64,000 nucleotides of DNA from Alphaproteobacteria bacterium (lineage in GTDB: Bacteria > Pseudomonadota > Alphaproteobacteria > GCA-2731375). Positions within the stretch are counted from its first letter, which is position 1. Every line of letters begins with the position of its first letter. The notes beneath the pieces were generated by a model. The model was not told the DNA's origin. It made no database searches and worked only from the letters and a program-made list of their open reading frames with translations. Of the stretch, positions 24,605 to 33,149 are shown piece by piece. The stretch is taken from the NCBI GenBank assembly GCA_965232515.1, contig CBDDPY010000002.1:896001-960000 (forward strand), written 5' to 3'. Made by a program: the position numbers and the translations under genes.

Positions 24605-25120
24605 ATGCTGGCCAGAGACGTTGCGGACCGACCGGGTTCTGGAGCCGATACCACTTCGGATGCCGACAAGCGGCTCTATCTGGAAGCGCTGTTGCTGATC
24701 GAGCGGCTGCACCGTCGGCTGCTGGACGTGCTCAAGGCCGAGCTGGACAATGTCGGGCGCAACGACATCAACAACGTCCAGGCGCTGATCCTGCACAATA
24801 TCGGCGACGAGGAAGTGACGGTCGGCGAGCTGACCAACCGCGGTTACTATCTCGGCTCGAACGTCTCCTATAACGTCAAGAAGCTGGTCGAGAACGGTTA
24901 TCTCCTGCAGGAACGCTCGCCGCACGACCGCCGCTCGGTCCGGGTCCGGCTGTCGGAGAAGGGCCTGCAGCTGCACGGCCAGGTCAACGCGCTGTTCGAA
25001 CGGCATGTCGCCGCGCTGCGCCAGCAGGACGAGCTCGATATGCGCGAGCTGAGCGGCACCAACACGGCGCTGCGCGGCCTCGAGAGCTTCTGGAGCGCCC
25101 AGGTCCGTTTCGGCGGCTAA
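24605..25120 (+). CDS. ldtR: MarR-family regulator, LdtR-like
   Basis: ERLHRRLLDV...DINNVQAL...GELTNRGYYLGSNVSYNVKKL matches the alphaproteobacterial LdtR family as recalled. Confidence 0.8.
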   Translation: MLARDVADRPGSGADTTSDADKRLYLEALLLIERLHRRLLDVLKAELDNVGRNDINNVQALILHNIGDEEVTVGELTNRGYYLGSNVSYNVKKLVENGYLLQERSPHDRRSVRVRLSEKGLQLHGQVNALFERHVAALRQQDELDMRELSGTNTALRGLESFWSAQVRFGG

Positions 25121-25232
25121 GCCGTCAACTCATCCCTTTGAACGTCCCTGCCGCGGGTGCCTTCACCCGCGCCTTGTCTCGCGCGCGCCAACGCGTTAGA
25201 TCACGCCGTCGCAACGGGCGGAGGCAGGGATC

Positions 25233-26513
25233 ATGGAACCACATCAGGGCTATTTCACGGCGGACCTCGCCAGCATCGATCCGGTGGTCCATGACGCCAT
25301 TACCGAGGAACGCAAACGGCAGCAAAACCAGATCGAGCTGATCGCGTCCGAAAACATCGTCAGCCGCGCGGTCCTGGAAGCCCAGGGCAGCGTGCTCACC
25401 AACAAGACCGTCGAGGGCTATCCCGGCCGGCGCTATCACGGCGGCGCCTCCAACGTCGACGTCATCGAACGGGTCGCCATCGAGCGGGCCTGCGAACTGT
25501 TCGGCTGCCGCTTCGCCAACGTCCAGCCGCATTCCGGGACCCAGGCCAACCAGACCGTGTTCCTGTCGCTGCTGCAGCCGGGGGACACGGTGCTGGCCAT
25601 GGACCTGAAGGCCGGCGGCCACTTGAGCCACGGCGCCGCGCCGAACATGTCCGGCAAATGGTTCGACATCGTGCACTACGGCGTGCGCCGGCAGGACGGT
25701 CTGATCGACATGGACGAGGTGGCGGCGCTGGCCGACAACCACAAGCCGAAGCTGATCATCGCCGGCGGCTCGTCCTATCCGCGCGCCATCGACTTCGCCC
25801 GCTTCCGCCAGATCGCCGACGCCGTCGACGCGACCTTCCTGGTCGATATGGCGCACTTCTCGGGCCTGGTCGCGGGCGGCGTCTATCCGCACCCGTTCCC
25901 ACATGCCCATATCGCCACCACGACCACCTACAAGGCGCTGCGCGGCGCGCGCGGTGGCATCGTCCTGACCAACGACGAGGCAATGGCCAAGGCGATCAAC
26001 TCGGCGCTGTTCCCCGGCATGCAGGGCAGCCCCATGCTGCACCTAATGGCCGGCAAGGCCGTCTGCCTGGGCGAGGCGCTGCGGCCCGAGTTCAAGGACT
26101 ATGCCGGCCGCGTGCTGGCGAACGCGCGGGCACTGGCCGAGGCCTTGGTCGCGGACGGTATCGATGTGGTGACCGGCGGCACCGACACGCCGATCGTGCT
26201 GGTCGACCTGCGGGCCCTCGGCCTGAAGGGCAACACGGCTTCGGAATGGCTGGAGAGCGTCGGCCTGACCTGCAACAAGAACGGCGTGCCGTACGATCCG
26301 GAGAAGCCCGGCGTCACCTCCGGTCTGCGCCTTGGCGCGTCTGCCGGCAGCACCCGCGGCTTCGGCGTGTCTGAGTTCGAGACCGTCGGCCGGCTGATCG
26401 CCCGCATGCTGCACGCCATGGCGGCGGATGGCGACCAGTCCGCCGTCGCCGACGAGGTGCGGGCCGAGGTGCAGGCGCTCTGCGGCCGCTTCCCGATCTA
26501 TCCGGACGTCTGA
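25233..26513 (+). CDS. Divergent serine hydroxymethyltransferase-family enzyme (possible alpha-methylserine hydroxymethyltransferase)
   Basis: SHMT fold motifs ELIASEN, NVQPHSG, GGHLSHG, DMAH, NKN retained; non-canonical [33 protein letters not shown]. Confidence 0.9.
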   Translation: MEPHQGYFTADLASIDPVVHDAITEERKRQQNQIELIASENIVSRAVLEAQGSVLTNKTVEGYPGRRYHGGASNVDVIERVAIERACELFGCRFANVQPHSGTQANQTVFLSLLQPGDTVLAMDLKAGGHLSHGAAPNMSGKWFDIVHYGVRRQDGLIDMDEVAALADNHKPKLIIAGGSSYPRAIDFARFRQIADAVDATFLVDMAHFSGLVAGGVYPHPFPHAHIATTTTYKALRGARGGIVLTNDEAMAKAINSALFPGMQGSPMLHLMAGKAVCLGEALRPEFKDYAGRVLANARALAEALVADGIDVVTGGTDTPIVLVDLRALGLKGNTASEWLESVGLTCNKNGVPYDPEKPGVTSGLRLGASAGSTRGFGVSEFETVGRLIARMLHAMAADGDQSAVADEVRAEVQALCGRFPIYPDV

Positions 26514-26953
26514 GGCACGCCGGCCGGCATGCGCATCACGACCGTTTGACGTAGCCACAGCGCCGCGGCCAGTCCCCAGGCCGCGTTGAACAGCACGACC
26601 AAGAACGGCGTCGCCGCGCCCAGGCCGAAGCCGAGCAGGCCCGCCGGGGTCTTCAACGGGAACACCAACAGGAGCTGAACGGCCGTCGGGCCGAGGCTGA
26701 GCAGCAGGCCCTGCGCCCACCAGGGCCAGCCGGGCCGCGCGATCAGGAACAGGAAGCCCCACAGCCCGCCCCAGACGATCCTGGGATAGAGCCAATCCGG
26801 CGTCAGCGCCGGCGCAATGGCGACGCCCAATGCCTGTGTCACGCCAAGCGCGCCGAATGCCCAGACCAGCAGACTGTTGGCGACGGCGCCCAGGCAGCCG
26901 GCCGCGAACGCCGCCGACACCCGCGGCGACAGGTTCTGCGATATCGCGTTCAT
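26498..26953 (-). CDS. Hypothetical 4-TM membrane protein
   Basis: Hydrophobic ORF with [13 protein letters not shown]; ATG 26953 preceded by AAGGAGGG. Confidence 0.75.
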   Translation of the reverse strand: MNAISQNLSPRVSAAFAAGCLGAVANSLLVWAFGALGVTQALGVAIAPALTPDWLYPRIVWGGLWGFLFLIARPGWPWWAQGLLLSLGPTAVQLLLVFPLKTPAGLLGFGLGAATPFLVVLFNAAWGLAAALWLRQTVVMRMPAGVPQTSG

Positions 26954-27065
26954 TAAACGCTTTCCCTCCTTGAGTGATGAACCCAACGGGTTCTTGTCAG
27001 GAGGTACGCGGGACGCTGTCGATCCTTCCGCGCCGGCGCGGCGCCGCACGCAAATGTGAGCGGGC

Positions 27066-27935
27066 TTAGCCGCCGAGGCCCATCTGCGCCAGGATCGCTT
27101 TTACCGCCGGCTTGTCGGGCTCGCCCAGGACGGCGGTCATGGTGAAGTGGTCTTCGCCGGGCATCTCCTGGTAGTCGTGCGCAATGCCGCGCTCGCGGCA
27201 AAGCGCCGAATAGTCGCGCGACTGCTTGATCCATTCCTCGGTCTCGGCAGCGCCGACAAGGATGGTAAGAGGCAGGGCGCGGAGCGGCGGGTTTTTCATC
27301 GGGCTGACCCCATCGATCTGGTCCGGGGTCAGGCGGATCAGGTCGTTCACGGAGATACCAAGCACCGGTTCGGGGTCGTAGACGCCGGTCAGGAGCACGG
27401 CGCCCTTCACCACATCGGCCGGCAGTTCGTCGGCCGTCCAGTCGTGCGCCAGCGCCATGGCGCAGAGATGGCCGCCGGCCGAGTTGCCGGAGATGTAGAT
27501 CCGGTCGGGATCGCCGCCATACTGGCCGATGTTGAGATAAGTCCAGGCGATGGCGCGCACGGCCTCGAGCACGATGTCGCCGACTCTGACGTCGGGGCAA
27601 AGGTCGTAGTTGGCGATCACCACCATGGCGCCGGCCGCGACCAGGGGCTCGGCCATGAAGGTCACGTCGGCCTTGTCCTGCGCCCGCCAGTAGCCGCCAT
27701 GGAAATAGATGTGCACCGGCGCTCGGTCGCGCGCTGCGGGACGGAAGATGTCGAGGGTTTCTTTCGGTCCCGGCCCGTAGCGCACGTCATGGACGCCATT
27801 GAGCCGCGACCGGGCCGCAGCCGACGCGGCGGCGCGCGAGTCGATCTTGGCCTGGTGGTCGGGCACCGCGACCCGCGGATTGTACTGTCGCTCGAACTCG
27901 TCCTGCGAATAGCCTCTCAGATCAACCATCGGCAT
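27066..27935 (-). CDS. Alpha/beta hydrolase, kynurenine formamidase (arylformamidase)-like
   Basis: YNPR, YGPGPKETLDIF, HGGYW oxyanion motif, GNSAG nucleophile, DHF catalytic His. Confidence 0.85.
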   Translation of the reverse strand: MPMVDLRGYSQDEFERQYNPRVAVPDHQAKIDSRAAASAAARSRLNGVHDVRYGPGPKETLDIFRPAARDRAPVHIYFHGGYWRAQDKADVTFMAEPLVAAGAMVVIANYDLCPDVRVGDIVLEAVRAIAWTYLNIGQYGGDPDRIYISGNSAGGHLCAMALAHDWTADELPADVVKGAVLLTGVYDPEPVLGISVNDLIRLTPDQIDGVSPMKNPPLRALPLTILVGAAETEEWIKQSRDYSALCRERGIAHDYQEMPGEDHFTMTAVLGEPDKPAVKAILAQMGLGG

Positions 27936-27973
27936 TTTCCCCCTGCCTGACTCGTCGGCAGCTTAACCGGCAA

Positions 27974-28858
27974 TCACCTTCGCTGCCATGGCAGCTTGGG
28001 CAAGGGCAGGACAGTGGTGAGGCCGACGATGATCAGGCCAAGCGCCAGATATTCGGGCCAGCCGAACTGTTCGCCGACGATAATGGCGCTTGAGGCGAGG
28101 CCGATGACCGGCACCATCAGCACACCCAGCGAGGCGACGCTGATCGGCAGGATATCGACCACCCGAAACCAGGCCCAGACGCCGAACACGACCCCGATGA
28201 CGACATTGTAGGCAAGCGCGAAGGTCGCGATGCCCGACAGCGGCAACCAGCCGCCGCGGTCGATCAGCAGCGCCGCCACGCAGATCGGCAGGCCGCCGAT
28301 CACGGTCTGCCAGCCGACCAGCGCGAGCTGTTTCGTCCTCCAGGGCTTGTACTTGAACACGACCGAGCCAAGCGCCCAGCTCAAGGCCGCGCCGAGCATG
28401 GCCAGAACGCCCATGGGCGGCAGGGCGCGGAAGTCGAGATCCTGACCGACCATGGTGGCGATGCCGCCAAGCCCCAGTGCCAGGCCGAACCAACGCTTGG
28501 CGGACGGCCGTTCGTTCAGGAACCAGATGCCCAGCAGGAAGGCCCAGAGCGGCATGGTGTAGGCGATCAGCACGGCCCGGCCGGACCCCAACAGCGTAAC
28601 GCCGAGCGCCGAAAAGCAGAGCCAGCCGGTGGTGCCGAAGATCGACAGCAGCAGCAGGCGGGTCCAGTCGCTCCGCGGCACGGCCAGCGACTGCCCGGCG
28701 ATCAGCGCGATCAGCAGCAGTGCGACGCCGCCGAGCTCGCCACAAATGGCGCGGAAGGTGAGGATCGGCATCTCGCTGAGCGCGATCTTCATGAAGGGCC
28801 AGAACGAGCCCCAGCCGATCGCCAACGCCGCCAGCAGCGGCAGGCCGCCGCGCGGCAT
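27974..28858 (-). CDS. DMT/EamA family transporter
   Basis: About 10 TM segments in two EamA repeats (WGSFWP, YTMPLW, PVIG). Confidence 0.88.
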   Translation of the reverse strand: MPRGGLPLLAALAIGWGSFWPFMKIALSEMPILTFRAICGELGGVALLLIALIAGQSLAVPRSDWTRLLLLSIFGTTGWLCFSALGVTLLGSGRAVLIAYTMPLWAFLLGIWFLNERPSAKRWFGLALGLGGIATMVGQDLDFRALPPMGVLAMLGAALSWALGSVVFKYKPWRTKQLALVGWQTVIGGLPICVAALLIDRGGWLPLSGIATFALAYNVVIGVVFGVWAWFRVVDILPISVASLGVLMVPVIGLASSAIIVGEQFGWPEYLALGLIIVGLTTVLPLPKLPWQRR

Positions 28859-28895
28859 CCGACCCCCTCTGTTCAGTTATCGGCGCTTGGCGCGG

Positions 28896-30110
28896 TCAGC
28901 CGGTGAAGGCCTGGATGCCCGTTTGCGCCCGTCCCAGAATCAGCGCGTGGATATCGTGCGTACCCTCATAGGTGTTCACCGTTTCGAGGTTAATCACGTG
29001 CCGCATCACGTGATATTCGTCTGAGATCCCGTTGCCGCCGTGCATGTCCCGCGAGACCCGGGCGATATCCAGCGCCTTGCCGCAGGAATTGCGCTTGATC
29101 AGCGAGATCATTTCCGGCGCCGCGCGGTGCTCGTCCATCAGGCGCCCCACGCGCAGGCAGGACTGCAGGCCGATGGAGATCTCGGTCTGCATGTCGGCCA
29201 GCTTCTTCTGCACGAGCTGCGTCGCCGCCAAGGGGCGGCCGAATTGATCGCGATCGAGCGTGTATTGCCGCGCCGCATGCCAGCAGAATTCCGCCGCCCC
29301 CAGCGCGCCCCAGGCTATGCCATAGCGGGCACGGTTCAGGCAGCCAAACGGCCCGCCCAGGCCGCGCGCGTTCGGCAGCTTGTTCTCCTCGGGCACGAAC
29401 ACGTCTTCCAGCACGATCTCGCCGGTGATCGAGGCGCGCAGCGACAGCTTGCCCTCGATCTTCGGCGTCGAGACCCCCTTCATGCCGCGCTCGACGATGA
29501 AGCCGCGGATGACGTCCTCGTCGTCCTTGGCCCAGACCACGGCGACATCCGCGATCGGCGAGTTGGTGATCCACATCTTGGCGCCGTTCAGCACATAGCC
29601 GCCGTCGGCCTTACGGGCACGGGTCTTCATGCCGCCGGGGTCGGAGCCGTGGTCCGGCTCGGTCAGGCCGAAGCAGCCGACCCATTCGCCGCTTGCCAGC
29701 TTGGGCAGGAACTTCTGCCGCTGCGCCTCGCTGCCATACGCATTGATCGGATGCATGACCAGGCTCGACTGCACGCTCATGGCCGAGCGGTAGCCGCTGT
29801 CGACGCGCTCGACCTCGCGCGCGACCAGGCCGTAGGAAACGTAGTTCACGCCGGCGCAGCCATAGCCCTCGATGGTCGAGCCCAGCATGCCGAGCTCGCC
29901 CAGCTCGTTCATGATCTCGCGGTCGAAGCGCTCCTCGCGGGTCGCCATCAGGATCCGCGTCATCAGCTTCTCGGTGCAGTATTCGCGCGCCGTGTCGCGG
30001 ATCAGCTTTTCCTCCTCGGTCAGCTGATCGTCGAGCAGGAAGGCGTCGTCCCATTGGAACGATGCCATGGCGCTGGGCTTGGCGGACGTGGGCGCGGAGG
30101 CTGTGGTCAT
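28896..30110 (-). CDS. gcdH: Glutaryl-CoA dehydrogenase
   Basis: [47 protein letters not shown]. Confidence 0.93.
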   Translation of the reverse strand: MTTASAPTSAKPSAMASFQWDDAFLLDDQLTEEEKLIRDTAREYCTEKLMTRILMATREERFDREIMNELGELGMLGSTIEGYGCAGVNYVSYGLVAREVERVDSGYRSAMSVQSSLVMHPINAYGSEAQRQKFLPKLASGEWVGCFGLTEPDHGSDPGGMKTRARKADGGYVLNGAKMWITNSPIADVAVVWAKDDEDVIRGFIVERGMKGVSTPKIEGKLSLRASITGEIVLEDVFVPEENKLPNARGLGGPFGCLNRARYGIAWGALGAAEFCWHAARQYTLDRDQFGRPLAATQLVQKKLADMQTEISIGLQSCLRVGRLMDEHRAAPEMISLIKRNSCGKALDIARVSRDMHGGNGISDEYHVMRHVINLETVNTYEGTHDIHALILGRAQTGIQAFTG

Positions 30111-30164
30111 CTCATCTTCTCCCAAAGGCGGGCGTCTGGCGCCGCCTGTCTTGATTAGCGCGGC

Positions 30165-30563
30165 TCAGTCGTTCGGCACGACGGCCGTCGTCTCGATCTC
30201 GACCTTGGCGCGGTCCTCGACAAGAGCCACGACCTGAACCAGCGCCATGGCGGGGAAATGCCGGCCGATGACGTCGCGGTAGGCGGCGCCGACACCGCGC
30301 AATGCGCCCAGGTATTCCTGCTTGTCGGTCACGTACCAGGTCATGCGCGCGATGTGGGACGGCTCGGCGCCGGCCTCGGCCAGCACCGCGACGGTGTTGG
30401 CCAGGCACTGGCGCACCTGTTCGGCGAAATCGTCGGTCTCGAATTCGCTCGTCGTTGGATTCCAGCCGACCTGGCCGGCGACAAAGACGGTCCGGCCGCT
30501 GGCGGCGACGCCGTTCGAAAAGCCAGGTGTCTTGGACCAGTTTTTGGGGTGCAGAAATTCCAC
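30165..30563 (-). CDS. Rid (YjgF/YER057c/UK114) family protein lacking the catalytic Arg
   Basis: VFVAGQVG and KVEIE motifs; FPAMALVQV where RidA has PAR. Confidence 0.88.
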   Translation of the reverse strand: MEFLHPKNWSKTPGFSNGVAASGRTVFVAGQVGWNPTTSEFETDDFAEQVRQCLANTVAVLAEAGAEPSHIARMTWYVTDKQEYLGALRGVGAAYRDVIGRHFPAMALVQVVALVEDRAKVEIETTAVVPND

Positions 30564-30603
30564 GCGCGCACCATGGGTCTGAAGTATCGAGGGTTCGGCC
30601 GCG

Positions 30604-30631
30604 AGGCCTGAAAATTGTTTTAGGCCTAAAA
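30604..30631. promoter_or_regulatory. Palindromic operator candidate upstream of the Rid-gcdH operon
   Basis: Perfect 14-bp palindrome TTTTAGGCCTAAAA (30618-30631) plus adjacent related copy AGGCCTGAAA (30604-30613). Confidence 0.55.
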
Positions 30632-30793
30632 TGTATGCGGAACAACCGCGCTGTCGGCGAACCCGTGCGACAATTTGTGCGTTGCGTGGTTAAGGATGAT
30701 CGCGAAATGTTAACTGGTTAACCTGACCTTAGCGCGTAGAATTGCAGATATAGTCTTGAGAAGCGTTATGTGCCGACCTGAGGAGGCGGTGAC

Positions 30794-32005
30794 ATGGATT
30801 ACGAAAAGATCTTCGCTGAGCGTATTGCCGCACTGAAAGACGAGGGACGCTATCGCGTCTTCGCCGACCTGTCCCGACGCACGGGCGAGTTCCCGCATGC
30901 GACGCGGCACACGACCCAGGGCGAGCGCGACGTCGTCGTCTGGTGCTCGAACGACTATCTCGGCATGGGTCAGCACCCTGTCGTGCTCGAGGCCATGCAC
31001 GAGGCCGTCGACAAGATGGGCGCCGGTTCGGGCGGCACGCGGAACATCTCCGGCACAACGCACTACCATGTGCTGCTGGAGCAGGAGCTCGCCGATCTGC
31101 ACGGCAAGGAAGCGGCGTTGCTGTTCACGTCGGGCTATATCTCCAATGATGCGACGCTCAGCACGCTCGCCAAGGTCCTGCCGGGCTGCATCATCTTCTC
31201 CGATGAGCTGAACCACGCCTCGATGATCCAGGGCATCCGCAACGGCGGCTGCGCGAAACATATCTTCCGGCATAACGACGTCGCGCATCTGCGCGAGCTG
31301 TTGGCCGCGGCGCCGGCCGACGCGCCCAAGGTCGTGGCCTTCGAATCGGTCTATTCGATGGGCGACGGCGTGGCGCCGATCGCCGAGCTCTGCGACGCGG
31401 CCGAGGAATTCGGCGCCCTGACCTATCTCGACGAGGTTCACGCCGTCGGCATGTACGGCCCGCGCGGCGGCGGCGTCGCCGAGCGCGACGGCGTGATGGA
31501 CCGACTCGATATCATCGAGGGCACGCTGGCCAAAGGCTTCGGCGTGATGGGCGGCTACATCACCGCGTCGGCCAATCTGGTCGATGTCGTCCGTAGCTAT
31601 TCCTCGGGCTTCATCTTCACGACCTCGCTGGCCCCCGCCTTGACGGCCGGCGCGCTCGCGAGCGTGCGCTACCTGAAGAACTCGCCGCTCGAGCGCCAGC
31701 AACAGCAGGAGCGGGCCACCCGCCTGAAGGAACTGTTGGAGGAGGCGGGGCTGCCGGTGATGACGTCGGGCAGCCATGTCGTACCGGTCATCGTTGGCGA
31801 CGCGGTTCTCTGTAAGCAGGTCTCGGACGAACTGCTGGATGAGCACGGCATCTATGTGCAGCCGATCAATTTCCCGACCGTACCGCGGGGCACCGAACGG
31901 CTGCGCTTCACGCCGGGTCCGCTGCATTCCGACGCGCTGATGCACGACCTGGTGGCGGCGCTGAATCAGGTCTGGTCCCGTCTCAACCTGAAGCGGGCCG
32001 CCTAG
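30794..32005 (+). CDS. hemA: 5-aminolevulinate synthase
   Basis: [44 protein letters not shown]; GAGGAGG RBS. Confidence 0.97.
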   Translation: MDYEKIFAERIAALKDEGRYRVFADLSRRTGEFPHATRHTTQGERDVVVWCSNDYLGMGQHPVVLEAMHEAVDKMGAGSGGTRNISGTTHYHVLLEQELADLHGKEAALLFTSGYISNDATLSTLAKVLPGCIIFSDELNHASMIQGIRNGGCAKHIFRHNDVAHLRELLAAAPADAPKVVAFESVYSMGDGVAPIAELCDAAEEFGALTYLDEVHAVGMYGPRGGGVAERDGVMDRLDIIEGTLAKGFGVMGGYITASANLVDVVRSYSSGFIFTTSLAPALTAGALASVRYLKNSPLERQQQQERATRLKELLEEAGLPVMTSGSHVVPVIVGDAVLCKQVSDELLDEHGIYVQPINFPTVPRGTERLRFTPGPLHSDALMHDLVAALNQVWSRLNLKRAA

Positions 32006-32019
32006 GCCCCAGCGGAACC

Positions 32020-32280
32020 ATGGCCAAATCGGGTCGAGGTCGGCGTCCGCGCGGCAGCGGCGGAGAGTTCCTGCTTGAATTTCGGCGGATCGGCAACGCC
32101 GTAAAGGTCTCCGCCATCGACCCGGCAACCGGGACCGAAGTGTCGATCAGCGGCCCCGCGAACATCGGCGAGACCGAGCTTTCGCGCACGGCCTGCAATA
32201 AGCTGCGCTACGTTCTTCGGAAAAACGCGGAAAATGCCGCCGCGGCCCAAGAGGCCCGGCGGCGCGGCATCAAGATCTGA
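32020..32280 (+). CDS. Small conserved alphaproteobacterial protein (DUF6898-like)
   Basis: EFRRIGNAVKVSAIDPATGTEVSI.GP pattern recalled from proteins encoded near glyA; 14 nt after hemA. Confidence 0.7.
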   Translation: MAKSGRGRRPRGSGGEFLLEFRRIGNAVKVSAIDPATGTEVSISGPANIGETELSRTACNKLRYVLRKNAENAAAAQEARRRGIKI

Positions 32281-32342
32281 ACGCGACGGCAACCGCCGCT
32301 GCAACGGCAGTCGCCGGCGATCCAGGTCAGGGTCCGTTGGAA

Positions 32343-32768
32343 CTAAGCGGCGTTGCGGCGCCGGCCCAGGCCGATCTTCTTGGCGAACTTCGACCGCTGC
32401 GTCGAATAGTTCGGCGCCACCATCGGATAGTCGGGCGGCAGGTTCCATTTCGCCCGATACTCCTCGGGCGTCATGTCGAACTTCGTCCGCAGATAGCGCT
32501 TCAGCATCTTCAGCTTCTTGCCGTCTTCCAAGCAGACGATGTATTCGGGCGTCACCGACTTACGAACCGAAACAGCCGGCTTCGGCGCACTTTCCTTTAT
32601 CTTTTCGTCGGCCGTCTCGATACCGGCCAAGGACTGATGGACCGTCCGAATTAAATCCGGAATGTCAGAGGCAGGCAGGGAGTTAAAACTGACATAAGCC
32701 GATACGATGTCACTGACCATACGCAACATTTCTTTGTTCGAAACGACGGCTTCGTTGTCTACGCTCAT
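32343..32768 (-). CDS. mucR: MucR/Ros family nucleoid-associated regulator
   Basis: DIVSAYVS, PAVSVRKSV, CLEDGKKLKMLKR, YPMVAPNYS...AKKIGLG. Confidence 0.95.
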   Translation of the reverse strand: MSVDNEAVVSNKEMLRMVSDIVSAYVSFNSLPASDIPDLIRTVHQSLAGIETADEKIKESAPKPAVSVRKSVTPEYIVCLEDGKKLKMLKRYLRTKFDMTPEEYRAKWNLPPDYPMVAPNYSTQRSKFAKKIGLGRRRNAA

Positions 32769-33149
32769 GTGGATATTCCATGTAATCGGGAGGCATGTTT
32801 AATTGCCACGTTACTTTTTCTATGTCAATCATTTCTGAAAAATTCGTCGGTTTTACACCTTTGACCAAGTTTACACGCTTGAATCCGTGACCATTTAGTG
32901 GAGAGCAAGACCTGATGGTGACCATCGGTTCGCCGTCCCATCCCACGTGCAGACCGACGAGACGTCGCTGGAGGCCGAATAGCGCGATCTGTAGTACAGC
33001 GCTGGCGCGCAAGTGCGACATCTGGTACTCATTGCAGACTTTCGGGTTCCGCGCCGCGCATGTATATGGTGCCGGCAAACGTCCGAAGGGCCAATGGTTC
33101 CTGCTGGACGACCATTTACAGCCTTGTCGTTCGCCAAAGAGGCCTGCCG

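Noticed and set aside
25233-26513. SHMT paralog as a pseudogene
   Set aside because: Full-length frame, RBS present, PLP Lys kept, and substitutions concentrate at specificity positions
32900-33149. ZTP, glycine or THF riboswitch before glyA; FMN riboswitch for the rib genes
   Set aside because: Conserved cores are not recognisable by eye, and the rib genes are tightly packed with no leader space; an Rfam scan would be decisive
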